Source: the human T2T-CHM13v2.0 reference genome, Homo sapiens. From it: DNA of 64,000 bases. The notes under the pieces were generated by a model. That model worked only from the letters and a program-made list of their open reading frames with translations, did no database searches and had not been told where the DNA came from. Each line of letters begins with the position of its first letter. Positions within the stretch are counted from its first letter, which is position 1. Of the stretch, positions 41,344 to 53,989 are shown in pieces. The translations under genes were made by a program, and so were the position numbers. The stretch lies in assembly GCF_009914755.1 (NCBI RefSeq), contig NC_060944.1; one strand, written 5' to 3'.

Positions 41344-42134
41344 CAGTAATGGATAGTACTAGAAAGCAGTAGAGCCTTCTCAAGCAGTAGATGTGAGGTA
41401 AACAGTCTCTCGCTGAGTGGTGGATCTCCAGAGACCACATTACTAAATCAGGAGAGACAGCACTAACAACATTTAGATATTTGAAAAATATCCTCAGCTT
41501 TAAAATAAGGATAAAAGTTAATACATAACTTCCCAACTTCCTATGAGTAACTCTGTAACATCTGGACATGGCTTCCACTGAGTCCGTAACAGAGACTTCA
41601 GTTGAGTGTTCAAAGGTGTACCACACATTGGCCTTCACTTCCTACCTTCTATTCTTTTTTTCATTTTTGGTGAGCATTTATCATGCTATTGTGTTATTTA
41701 CTAGGGCAAGACACCACCCCTACCTTGGAGGAATGTTTCGGGAAGATACATATTACTTAACAGGATAGCATGATAATGACAATAACAGTAACAATAACAA
41801 TAACAGCTAACATTTATTGAGTCCCTATGATATGCCAGGCACTCTGACAGGTGTTTAGAGGTTGGAATAACCCTATGAGGTTGGGCTCCTGGGATCAAAA
41901 TCCAATGCCTACTTGATGGATGTTTCTTTCCAAGGTCAGAGGCCATACCTCCTTACCCTTATGCTGTCAGGGAACTGGAAGAGAGACTTAGCACCAACAA
42001 CATAGCAAGCATGTCACTAAGTGCTTTTGCCTATGCAACTTGCTTCAAATAAGCTGAATCATAAAGATTTGTAAGACAGCAAGAAAATATCCATCCAAAC
42101 ATCATAATTAGAACAACAAATACTTAGTTCATGG

Positions 42135-42740
42135 TGATCTACTCATTTGATAAATATGTACTGAGCATATGCTATATGACAGATACTGTTCCAGCCTCAG
42201 ACCTGTGCAATGACCAAGGCCAAGAAGTCCCTGCCCTCAGGGAAATCACATCCTAGTGGAAAAAATAAACTATGACAGGAAAATAAAAAGAAAGAATACA
42301 TAAATGAGATTACTTCTGATAAGTTCTGGGAAAAAAAATTAAACGCTTCCAAGTGATAGAAAGTTCTTAGTTAGGGTAGCAGAGGGTGGGGCAGAGCCAA
42401 CTGAGCAGGGACAATCTGAGAAGGCTCCACAGGGAGACATATTCAACTGGAGGAGCCAGCCTTGCTGAGATTAGATGGAAGACCATTCTAGGAAGAGGAA
42501 AGAGGAATGGATAAACAGAGAGGCCCAGAGGCAGAAAAACAAAGAAAGCCAGTGTGGCTCAAGTGCAATAAGGGGACAGATGAAGACAGAGAGGTCGACA
42601 GGGGACTGATCACACAGGGTCTGGTGGGCCATGCTAAGGTGTCCGAAAATGCCACTCACATTCTATGTAGGAGTGTGACATGGCTCTATTTATGTTTAGA
42701 AGAGATCACCCATGGTGCCATGTGGCTGCTGTCCTAGACA
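42135..42740 (-). mobile_element. L2 LINE (antisense)
   Basis: CATTTGATAAATATGTACTGAGCAT...GTCCCTGCCCTCAGGGAAATCACATCCTAGTGG...GATCACACAGGGTCTGGTGGGCCATG. Confidence 0.8.
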
Positions 42741-42779
42741 GCCAAATACAAGTGACTATTTGCCATTCTAAGGACCTTC

Positions 42780-43210
42780 CTTTATTCATTGAATTCAGAG
42801 GCACTAACTGTGGCCAGGGCATGCTGCCAAACTCTGAGGCTGCCATGGTAAGGTGGACAGAGTCCCTGCCCTCGAGTAGCTTACAGACTCCTGGGGTTTA
42901 CAGTTCCACACGTGGAAAATTAATTTCTGGGTTCCTCCACTGGGAAGGTTCAGGATATTCAAGACATAGCCAGGGCTCTAAGCCCAGGTACAGAGTGACA
43001 GGGCTTTCGGGAAGGGATGACTTCCCAACTGAGATTAGATGGTCATAAGGAGTCACACAGGGGAACAGAGGGAGTCAGGGCAAAAGGTGTTTATGGACAA
43101 GGAAATGTCAGTGGGAACAGGGACCACAGTCCAGCAGGGCAGGTGTGGAGCTTAGGAGTCAGGAAGAGGCCAGAGAGGGGACTGGCCCCTACCTGGAGAG
43201 GGCTGTGAGC
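42780..43210 (-). mobile_element. Second L2 LINE (antisense)
   Basis: GACAGAGTCCCTGCCCTCGAGTAGCTTACAG and a downstream L2 purine-rich segment. Confidence 0.65.
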
Positions 43211-43615
43211 CAGAGGTGGGGTGTAAGTACAGAGTGCAGCAGTCTGCAAAGCAGGGCCTCAGCAAATCCTCATGCAACAGGACTAAAGGCATCTTCCAGG
43301 AGAGAATCCAGACACAGGCGAGGATAACATCAAAGGATTTCTGTGGCTGGCTGGTTGCTTTAGCATTCAAGGTGTTCTTCCCCCAACCACAGCTTTCATC
43401 CAGGCCCTCTGGCTCCCTGGCTACTGTGGATAAGCCACTTTCTGCTTCTCAGGAACTTGAAGGCAGTTACTTCCTCCAAACTGAATTTTGGTGGCTTTAT
43501 GTCAAGTGCCCAGATGGAGAAAGAGAAGCTGTGATTGCTGCTGCTGCTCCCAAAGCCGCAAGGGAGCTGTTTGCACAACATAATGGCTGGTGCCCCATCA
43601 GCCCTTCTCCTATAG

Positions 43616-43817
43616 AGCAGCACCCAGCACAACCAGATATGTGTGATGGGTGGCGTGGCTCAACTGAATGCATGACCCAGCAGCAGGCTCAATCCTACTG
43701 AATAGGCAGAGGAGATAGAGCTAGGACGATTGAGAATGAACATTTCAAAAGACAGCAAGAGCATATGCTCTCTGCAAATCCATACAGCTTTCTGCCATTG
43801 ATGAAAGTAGTAGACAG
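43616..43817 (+). repeat. 202-bp dispersed direct repeat, copy 2
   Basis: Aligns without gaps to 41142-41343; offset 2474 bp. Confidence 0.95.
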
Positions 43818-44062
43818 GCTATTAAGAACAGCTTCAGAGCCATTCAGCCCAAGTTCAAATCCTGACTCTGCCACTTCCTAGTTCTATGATACTGAGCAAG
43901 TTGCTTAACCATTCTGTCCCTCAGTTCTGTCATCTAAATTGAGCCAAAAATGGTATTTAGTATGAAGCTGTTATGAGGACCCAGGAAGTTAATAAATATA
44001 AGGCCCTTCAACCAGTCCACAACATATGATAAATATTCATTAAATGTTAGCTGTCATTATTC
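43818..44062 (+). mobile_element. MIR SINE
   Basis: GTTCAAATCCTGACTCTGCCACTT...GAGCAAGTTGCTTAACC...CTCAGTT...TAAATGTTAGCTGTCATTATT. Confidence 0.88.
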
Positions 44063-45061
44063 CCTGTTTGCCAAGTTCTGGAGATTGAGAAATGGACAGA
44101 GAGAGACATGTATCATTTATTGATGACCTACTATGTGTCAGGTATTTTGTATATATTAGTTGTAAGGTTATAGAAAACATGCCTGAAAATTTTTTACTAT
44201 CTCATAACAAGGTGGAGTGTATTTCTCCTAAATGTAATAGAGTGACGAAAATTCCATACTATAGACATATAAGTAATGATTTCTACATAAAGATGAGGCT
44301 GCAAGTAATTATGATTGGGGAGAGGGGTGAAGTGTGGAAGGGAACAAGGATTGCAGTGGAAAGAAATTAGCGGACAATTTGACTGTTGTTCTTCTTTAGT
44401 CATTTCTTAGAATTCATGATATTTACAAAGCACATAGCAGACTACACTTGGTAATGGAATTTCCCTATCTTCATTTACTTGTTCCCTTGTTAATGTCCAT
44501 CACTGCAAGAGGCATTAAGTATGGTGCTAACATGCCAGTAACCCCACCTAAGCAGAGAAACTTCAGGGAGCCATGTCATGTTACCCTACCCCATCCTGCC
44601 CAGTGAAACCAGCAGGGTAGCCAAGACTTGCTGCTTGCTCAGGACCTCTGAGGAACTAGGTGCAAAAACCCAAATGGAAAGAGACAGACTCATAGGATTC
44701 CTCTTTGAGTGGCAAATTGGATGACCAACAGAGAATCAGGAGCAGAGGTAAAAGTAGAAGCATGTGATAGTCAAAGCCATGAATGAGGAGAAATGATAGA
44801 GTGGTGAGTAAAGCCAACCAGGAGGTGAGTGAAAACCAGGCAGACACAGACGTGAGCAGATTTTAGAGGCAGTCCTGCAGTGAGGATTAGGAGTCTCTTG
44901 CTACTGCAGCCAGCAATACCTGATTTCACAAAGCCCTTGTAAGACAGGAACCCATGGTCCCTGCCCTTCCTGAGGCCTGGCCATTAACTGTTCCCTAGGG
45001 TTTTTGAGACCCAGCCATACCAAGATGCCTGATTCAGACATCCCCATTTGTAACCTTAGAG

Positions 45062-45279
45062 CAATAGTTCTCAGCCAGGGGTGATTTTGTTCCAAGGGTA
45101 TGTTTGGCCATGTGTGGAGACAGTTTTGGCTACCATAACTGGAGATGGAGGCATACTAATAGCATCTAGTGGGTAGAGACCAGGGATGATGCTAAAGAAC
45201 CTACAATGAACAGAGTGGACCCCCATGACAAAGATCTGCCCATCCCAAATGTCAACAGTGGTGAGATTGAGAAACCCTA
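45062..45279 (+). mobile_element. MER20 hAT-Charlie MITE
   Basis: Full-length MER20 pattern; degenerate 8-bp TSD CCTTAGAG/TCTTAAAG. Confidence 0.92.
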
Positions 45280-47118
45280 TCTTAAAGAGTCAACTCCACA
45301 TGACTTGAAACAACCGCAGGCAGCTCTCTGCCTCTGGAAACCGAAAGAATTCAAGAAATGCAATGGTTTTTCACTTCTGCCATATTATTAATTCTTGAGG
45401 GCATTTTGGGGAATGATAGATTTGCATCCTCCACAGTTCATTGTTTGGGTTCTGCTGCAAAGTAGTCATTTAATAATACAATGAATTTGCCTTGTAATTG
45501 AAGATGGGTTTCAACCTCTGATTTAAATCTCATAGACAACGGCACCCTTGGAAAGCGCTCAAATCACACATAACACTTCGTATATGCAACATACATGGTT
45601 TACATATAGATACAGGGCTTGTTTTGTGTTGATTCTTATGTTTGAAAATTTGAAGTTTAATATGTTGGTTGCACATCAACATATTGGGAAGTTTCACGTG
45701 ACAAGCTGTACTAGGAAACTTGGGACTCTCAGATGCGAAAAAAAATTTGTGATATTGAGATGTCTGTGCAATAAAGACTCCAAAAGGAAAAAAGGCAGAT
45801 GGGAATCACAGATTTAAAGAAATAACATAGAGAGACATCATTCTATAAGAATTTATCTCAGAGTAGGACTGCGGGTGATAAATCTGAAGGAGCTGTCTTA
45901 AACTAAAATATAAAGATCAGGAAACTGAAAAGAGCAAAACTTTTAAACCAAATAATATCAATGAAAGTTGTAACATAATTATCTTTAACTGTCATTTATT
46001 TATTACCCATAAGATTTCAGGATCCAGATTAAGTGTTGTGCATGTCTTATCTCATTTAATACTAGGAAAACTTGGGGCTCTTTTTTCATATCTAAGATGT
46101 CCCATAACCAGTTAGTTGTATAGTGGGGTATGGAGCCTGCATTTTCAGTCCAAAATATTTTTATTTTCTAGGGTAAAGACAGGATTTTTACCCTAAATCT
46201 AAGCCTTCTTCTGCTGAGAAAACTTGATGGGAAATTCACCTATCTCAATGTGTTTGCTAGGACATCTCTATAAGGAGGAGAAACATGGATCCCTTTTGCC
46301 ACTGCTAAATGATCAGGAAGACATGAAGAGCATTCTCCAATATTCTTACCACTCTTGGCTATGGAGCACTCTCTGGCATAAATGTGTTTGGCTCTGTTCT
46401 TCAGCTACAAAATATTCATATCCAAGCTACTGTCATAGTGATGTCAGTTTAGTGAATGACATGTGGAACTAGATTAAAGTAGGGGTAGCTAAATGTGGAG
46501 AAAACAAGTAAGATACAGAATCAAGAAACACACCTATTTCCCAAGGTAATACTTCACCAAAACTAGCCCTAAAGAACTTTCTATTTCTAGAGATTCCTAC
46601 CCTTTGTAAGAAATAGCCATGAATTCTTCTCAGCCTGTAAGGGGAAGACACATTGTTGGAAAGGTAGTTTACCCTTTGATTGTAATAAGGGCTTGAATTT
46701 TACCTGTGCTTTTCCAGATATGACCTCCAGCCCCAAGTTGTCAAGCTGACTGCTCCTAGCTTCCTTTGAGTTGATGGTCATGCCTCATGATTCCACATTC
46801 AGAAATTCAAGCCTTAGGTCAAATTCCATACTTCTGTGCAAATCTATAGAAAAACTACCTTCTAAATAACCTGGGATTCATCTTTTAACTCTCAAATGAC
46901 TGATACTTCCTGCCATACATAGACCAAAAAGAGTGTTTTCTATAATTTCCTGAAATCTTATGTAGTTAGAATGTTTATTATATCTTATTCTACTCTATTG
47001 TTAAAATATAGTGTGTAATATATACGCTGTAATATATTGAAATATGTTTATAATACATTGTATTATTAATGTTATAGTATAAAATGATGATTTTTTTAAA
47101 GATTGCTAGGCTTTAGGA

Positions 47119-47342
47119 AAAGGCCTGGCACGCTATCGTTTGCAGGCTAAAGCTATCCCAGCACTTGTTTTTATAAATAAAGTTTTATTGGAACACAGCC
47201 ATATTCATTCATTTATATACCATCTGTGGCTGATTTTGCACTACAATAGCAGAGTTGAGTAGCTGTAGCAGAGACCATATGGTCCATTAAGCCTAAAATA
47301 TTTACAATCTAGTCTTTTACAGAAAAGATTTGCCAAACCCTA
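47119..47342 (+). mobile_element. MER58A hAT-Charlie MITE
   Basis: TAAATAAAGTTTTATTGGAACACAGCCA...GCAGAGTTGAGTAG...GCCTAAAATATTTAC; TSD CTTTAGGA/CCTTAGAA. Confidence 0.92.
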
Positions 47343-48559
47343 CCTTAGAATAGCATAAGAACTGCTATTGGGACTCAGTTTCCTCATTAAATGAAAGGTT
47401 TCGCTGAGAGATGGCTAAAATTAAGAATTTTTTTCCATTTTCTCATTATTTGATCAAATCCAAATCCAAATCTGGGGCCTCTCCTGCATTTAGTATTCCA
47501 GTAAAACGTGAAGGCCATGTCCCCAAATATCCTAATGTCACTAATGATGCTTTACACATGCCTTAACTTCTCTAAGAATTTTGCAAAAGAAATGATGCCT
47601 GTTAGGTTATAACTGTTCTATGCTACCTACATATATGCATCTGTCATGACACTTAACTCTATACCTCAAGCCCTTTGTCCACCTCTACTGCCCTTACTCA
47701 TCTCATGCCTACCTCTTCTTACCCACGCTGGCATTGCAGCCATAAATCCTAACACTCTGGAAAGAGCCAGATGTTTCTATTTTATAGCATGTTAACCTCA
47801 TCAGTAAGCTATGTTTGATAAGATGTTGTGCAGCATAAGAGCAAACCTGGTGTGTGCATCATGAATGGGTGGGCCCACTCCATGCCTACACCTTGGTGCC
47901 ACCCTCAGTCTTCTCCATGGGCAGTGCCACTAGCCTTCCAGCTCTTCTCTGCTTTGGTGGCTTGTGCTTCTGGTCTTCACCAGCCATGACTTCAATGTGT
48001 GGCAGCTTGCAATGTGTGCATTTGGTATTTGGACTGTCCCCTCTGACCTCTGGCTTAACCTTGATGATCTGTGCACCTGGACTGTCCCTAGAGCATGGCC
48101 TCATCCGACCAAGCCTGTCTCCACTATAACTCTGTCTCCAGTTGGCATGAGGTAAGCAGTGTGGAATCAGTTAGAGGCCACTGGAAGTTGAATGCAGCTA
48201 AGCAGTGGCAAGGCCCATATGAAATGGAAAGGAAAGGAGCTAATAGGGCAGTAGCTTGACTTAGAGAATTGAAAGGTGCAATTGTTTAAGTGAACCAAAT
48301 ATGTTCTGCTGAACTCTGTGCCTCTCTCCTGGCTTGAGAAAGACAAGGGCCATACGTATTTGAAAGACGCATTTGGCATCATCTGTGTATTTGGGGAAGG
48401 AATGGTGACGAGAGGTTGGGGTGGAATTGTGAGAGGCCTAAAATGCCAAAGACATTCCTGAAATTTTTGGCTAACTTGCATAAGAAGCATTGGATCTTCA
48501 AAATTTTATGTTAAAACAAAAGCCCACCCGCTTACATTAATGCTTTACTGCAGAACTCA

Positions 48560-48960
48560 CACAGCCTGATGGTGAGGCAGATAAACTTGGGGCCAGACTG
48601 CCTAGTTTCAAATTCGGGGTCCATCTTTCACCAGGTATAGAAATTGGAGTTTACTTGACTTCTCTGTGCCTCAGTTTCCTCATTTGTAAAGCAGAAATAA
48701 TAGTAGTGAGCACCACATTTGGTGATCAGGTAGAGTACTAGGTCTTATGCAGTATGTGCCACAGTTGTCCACATCATTGACTTTTCACAATGAGTAGTAA
48801 TACAGTAGGAACTAGCAGTATCCCTGTTTTACAGATGTGGACACAGAGGCTCAGAACATTTAAGTAACTTGTCAAAGAACAAAAAGTGAGGAAACAGCAG
48901 GATCTAGAAGCAAACTCAGATCTGTTCAACTCCCAGGTTAGGCTTTTACATGTTCTGCTC
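48560..48960. mobile_element. Two adjacent MIRs in opposite orientation
   Basis: + core TCTCTGTGCCTCAGTTTCCTCATTTGTAAA (~48660) and - core TTTACAGATGTGGACACAGAGGCTCAGA (~48830). Confidence 0.85.
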
Positions 48961-49884
48961 TACTGACTTATTTATTGATTTTTAAAAATGTTTGTAGTAA
49001 AAGTGATTCTTTCTCTTAACTTTTTAGTTTTGGAAGGTTTGTTTCTAGAAATCACTATCCATGGCCCAAGACATCAATGCAGATGGTGGAGGCAAGGGCT
49101 GAGGCTGGTTTGTATTCAGTTTACATCCTTTTCCTGAAAAAATCACCACAGATAACAAATAAGCAAGTCTGGGAAATTGTGGAGATCTCTTTTTTGATTT
49201 TTTTGATTTTTTTATTTTTAATGTAGCACATATCATTATGTATTTTTGCTAATCTAGAGTATCTACCCTGTTCATTTGTTGCTTCTCCTCTTTTATCTTC
49301 TCAGTCCTTTCCCTTAGTAATTTCTGACAATGCCCCATTGCAGAATACTAGCTATTGTTTTGGATGTTTCATGAAGAATAAAATCTAAACAATTCTTGTT
49401 AAAAGGAAAGGCTAACACACACATGCACACATACACACACACATTATATAACACTACATATATATACACATATGTATAAAACACTATGTATATGTATGTA
49501 TTTGTATATGTGCATATATATACAATAATATAGTATATGTATATGCATATGTGTGTATAATTATGTAATTGGAGAAATCTTATGCTTTAGTCTGAAAGTT
49601 GACATGGAGCATGTAGTTTTTTGTATCCATACTCACCAAAAGCTGGTGCCCATTAGAAAGATTTTGCTATTAGATGATATTGAGAGGAAACAGTTAAATT
49701 GTTAATTTACACATACATAGATTCCATTTTGGTGCTGATAAAGAAGAATGAGGGCATAAGTTACAACCTTGGTAGACTCATTTGAGCTGATTCAAAGGGG
49801 CCCAAGGCTAGAAAGGAGAGCAAAGAGAAAGGGGCAGGAGGTGAAATGAGAACATTTCTGCTTGAGTTCCTCTGGAAGAACTTA

Positions 49885-50100
49885 ATTAGAGTCCTTACTT
49901 GGTGTTTGACTCTGTGCTAAGTGCTTTACATTGATTAACATTTCACATGAACCCTTTGAGCTAGGTATTGCCATTATTCCTATTTTCAAGATAAAAATCT
50001 GAGGTATGAGAGATGCCATACCTTGCCCACAGCCATGCTGCTCATACTTGAAGAAGCTGAAGCAATCTGATTCCAAGCTCACTTGATTAAGCTCTAAAGC
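49885..50100 (-). mobile_element. MIR SINE
   Basis: TGTGCTAAGTGCTTTACAT...ATTATTCCTATTTTCAAGATAAAAATCTGAGG. Confidence 0.8.
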
Positions 50101-50298
50101 CATCCTGAGGTTGGCACCTCCTAGAACACAGATTCTCTGAAGTACAAATGTACACTTGTTGGAGTCTCAGCCTAATGAGGATTAGGGCTGGACTAAATGT
50201 GTGTGTAAGTACTTCAGGAACCACATGGGAGTGTGTGCATTTTGGGGAGCCAGCCATAGCACTAATGTAAGTATAGTGCTGCACCCTGATCCAAACAA

Positions 50299-50512
50299 TA
50301 AAGAGAGAGAGAGAAGCAAAGAGGGAGGGAGGGAGGGAGGGAGGGAGGGAGGAAGGAAGGAAGGAAGGAAGGAAGGAAGGAAGGAAGGAAGGAAGGAAGG
50401 AAAGAAGGAAGGAAAGAAGGAAAGAAGGAAGGAAGAAAGGAAGGAAGGAAGGAGAAGCAAGGAAAGGAAGGAGGGAGAGAGGGAGTCAGGCAGGGAGAGA
50501 GAGAGGGAAGAG
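50299..50512 (+). repeat. Polypurine tract: (GA)n, (GGGA)7, (GGAA)13 and interrupted GGAA
   Basis: GGGA x7 at 50323-50350; GGAA x13 at 50351-50402. Confidence 0.97.
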
Positions 50513-50599
50513 ATAAAACACCAGCTTGTGTCAGATGTCACTTGCAGATAAGTTGAGTTTTAAGGACACCTGCAGCTGCAGGTAAAAGAAAACCCAAAG

Positions 50600-51100
50600 G
50601 AGCTCAATAAATAATCCAGAGATAGAGAGACCCTGTATTTAGTTAATTCAAATGCTCAATCCTCAACAGAGACCCAAATTCTTTCCATTTCTCTGCTCTG
50701 CCATCTTAAATTATGAACTTTGCCTTTAAATGATGTCCCTCAGTGCAAAGTAGTTTGAGAATTCACATCCAGATGTAAACACATTCAGAGAAAGAAGACC
50801 GTCTATTTTGATGTGTTCTTCTTAAGGGTAAGAAAACCTTTCTAGAACCCCCATCAGTTCTTGCTTGTATCAACAAAAACAGATCACAGATCTACTTCTA
50901 GACCAGTCTCTGGCAAGGGGAAGGGACCCCCGTTGCATATATTGGCCCTTAGAGATAGATGGGATCCTGGTTAATCATCATGATCCCTCTGCAGCAGTTG
51001 ATCATAACACATTTGTGCCCATGCCAAAGAGGCCATCTCCGCTAAATATATGAACCCACTGACTGCATTAAACCTGAGAAAAGGGATCTAATGTCCAACT
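50600..51100 (-). mobile_element. MLT1 (K-like) LTR
   Basis: GACCCAAATTCTTTCCATTTCTCTGCTCTGCCATC...GAAAACCTTTCTAGAACCCC...CCAGTCTCTGGCAAGGGGAAGG. Confidence 0.65.
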
Positions 51101-51409
51101 ACCCAAGAGCAGAGGTCCCATGAGAAAGGGTGTGTAGTTTAGGAAAGCACAGCTTTGTGTGCTGTTTGTCAGTTTCCCTCAATACCTAGGGAATTGCACA
51201 TTTATTTGTATATTGGAATTGGAGAGGTATCAATAGAGGCAAAGCCTCTGCCCTAAAGAACTTTAAATTCTAATGGAGGTGGGGAAGCAGAGACAAAAAA
51301 AATAGAACAACCTTATAATTTGTAAGGTGGCCAACAGTACTATAAAGATAAAATAAAGGGTGACAAGGAAATAGAATATAACAAGAGATGTACATCCTTC
51401 CTTCCAACT

Positions 51410-51730
51410 GGAAAGATCTCTTCATCTTCCCAGGCTACTTGCCCAGGTAAGTTAACTCCTGTTCTTCTTCCAGGTGTAGGTTTATGCATCAATCCTTCAT
51501 GGTCTCTGTCTTCTGGAGCTCTCCCTTCTCTTAAATGAATTTCTCCTTCTTATCACCAGAATTGCAATTTCCTAAATGTTCATGTGATTGTTTAGTAGAT
51601 CTTCTCGAGATCATAAAAACCTTAAGAACCAGGAACTCAGTCTATTTGCTCAAGATTCTGTCTCCAGCAATGAGCTTATTGTTTAGCACATAGTAGGCAC
51701 CCAAGACATTATTTTTGAGTGACGGAATGA
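51410..51730 (+). mobile_element. L2 3' end
   Basis: TAGCACATAGTAGGCACCCAAGACATTATTTTTGAGTGACGGAATGA terminus. Confidence 0.65.
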
Positions 51731-52319
51731 GAAACCAAAAAAAAACTTAATAGTGGCTTTTGGTGGGGCCACAGAAAAGAAACATCTTTCCTTGGGGCCA
51801 CTGGTTCCTACCTAGTATGACACATTGCATCTCAGGCTGACGCAATTACAGTTTTCCTGCTCTGGACAAGTTCTCCAGATTCACATGCCTTCCCTGCCAA
51901 TAAAGGATTTTAAAATATGTAAGCTACATATTATTCTTATATCCTGTCCTTCATTGGGTAACAGAAGTGTTTTTCTTTTGTGCAGCTTGTACCCCACTGA
52001 GACAGCACAGGAAGCACAAAATTCTATCTTTCCCTGGGGACATGTTTGAAAAATACTCTAGAGAATAGAATTGACAGCCAAGACTTTGTAACACCCTTGA
52101 CCAAGAAAACTATATCCCACACATGGCTTCTTTGTGTATAGCAAGCCAGCAGAAAATAATATTGTATATGTGGGAAAATGAACATATTGATTGTGTTTGC
52201 TGCTCCCAGATACATTTTGTTTCAGGCATAAAAGACAGAAAGGAAGTTATGGTTCACTGAGTGTCTATGTTGTGCTTGACACTTTTAATGAAAATACTAA
52301 TGATAGAAAATAAGATTGA

Positions 52320-52495
52320 GTGCTTGCCTGCAAGATCTCATTCAATTTTTATAATGCTTTGAGGTCTATCCTATTATGATTCCCATTTTACAGATGAGAA
52401 AACAGAGGCTCAGGGATGGGAAGTCACTTGCCTGTGATCACATGACAGATGAGCAATCAGGATGGGATTTAAGCCAGGTCATACTGTTTCCAAAG
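52320..52495 (-). mobile_element. MIR SINE
   Basis: CCCATTTTACAGATGAGAAAACAGAGGCTCAG core. Confidence 0.88.
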
Positions 52496-52519
52496 GATTT
52501 GGTAAATCTCCAAACTTAC

Positions 52520-52975
52520 TGCCTTAGTTTGGGTTCTCCAGGAAACAGACTCAGAAAGAGCTTGAGTGTAGGTAGTTTTTGTGGGGGGTGATCTCAGGAG
52601 GCAGGAGTGAAGGAGCTGGGAGAGCAAGGCAAGAAGGTAGGAAACACCAGCATAAGGGTGCTTGCTGTGGTTTCAGGTCTTAACTCTGCAGGATCTCTTA
52701 GAGACCAGGGCAGTTACTACCACCAGCGTCAGTCCCTGCCTGGTTGAATGTGCTCGTAAGGGTGTTAATTCTCTTCCACTTTCAGGATGTGTCTGAAGAG
52801 GGCTGAGTAGACTCCAGAGAATCTGAAAAAGACTTTGAGTCAAAAAGCAGAAAGAAGCTTAGCAAATGCATGAAATAGGTGCCGTCAGCATGAGTCTCAT
52901 GAACCGGACTCCACAGCTGCAGCTGAGTGTGTAGGTGGCCTGAGGGATGCGGTGCCGGCCACTGACACCAACAAC
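52520..52975 (-). mobile_element. LTR16-family (ERVL) solo LTR
   Basis: TGCCTTAGTTTGGGTTCTCC (reverse complement of the LTR16 3' end), GGTGATCTCAGGAGGCAG, GGGTGTTAATTCTC. Confidence 0.75.
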
Positions 52976-53989
52976 TCTGTTACACTTATTCTAGCTCAAG
53001 TTCTTTTTCCTCCTTCTTCACCATGACCTTGTGAGTTAGGAGATCAGTTTTCAACTTTCTAGCTGGAAAGGTTGAGGCTGTGAATTGTCAATGACTTGCC
53101 AGAAGGCACACAGTAAACAGTGCCCTTGGGACCTCTGTTTAGAGGAAGAGCTTCACATTTAGCTTGCTTTCTATTGTGACTCACTCTGTTCAACTAAGTT
53201 ATGAACAAGCCTCGATGCACAAGGATGAAAGAAATCAGATTTGAGAAAGCCCAGTCTTCACCCATGGACAGCTGAGAAAGGCATGAGACAGGAATATTAT
53301 AATTCATCTATAAGAAAGTGCTCATCTAAAGAAGAAAATGCTAGCCAGACTTCCTCTGAGACACAGCCAGGTAAGCAGGAAAACGTCATTGTCTTTAGAA
53401 ACAGAGGAGAGCTTACAGTCTCTTAATATTTTTAATAACCTTTATATTTATACATTTATATATTGTAAACTTATATTTATAAGTTATAAATTAGTATTTG
53501 TTATGAATTTATATCTATATATTATACATTTATAAATATATATTTTTTGATTTACATTCATTTATATTATCTTCACTACAGTAACTACATTCATTAAATA
53601 TAAACTTTGACATCCTATCAGCCCTCAGAGGTCTGCTTGGAGTATTGGAGAAGACACTAGGTATTTTGTCTGCTTTTTAATCAGTGAATGGTCTCCAAAT
53701 TAATATCTATGTATATGTATATATTTATATTAAATAAGAGTCATTTGGGGGATGGGCATCCTATGCATAATATTTGAGGATCTTCATCTCTTTTTCCTTC
53801 AAAGAATCTTCAGCAAATGTGCAAAAACAGATTGAGCAACCCATGATCCTGTAGGTTTCCAGTTTTGTCTTCACTCTCTGAACAGGGAAGGAAAAGACTT
53901 GAGGCAAGTCTCTAGATTTCAATCATCCAGGAAGCAATTCTGGGTGATAATAAGAGAGACTGGCAAAAAAGGGGGAAAGAGGGGAAATT

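Noticed and set aside
43216-43701. 161-aa ORF, the longest in the track
   Set aside because: Non-ATG start, no recognisable domain and no supporting exon structure; consistent with a chance ORF.
50182-50551. ORFs with RKEG/LPSF repeats
   Set aside because: Translation of the GGAA microsatellite.
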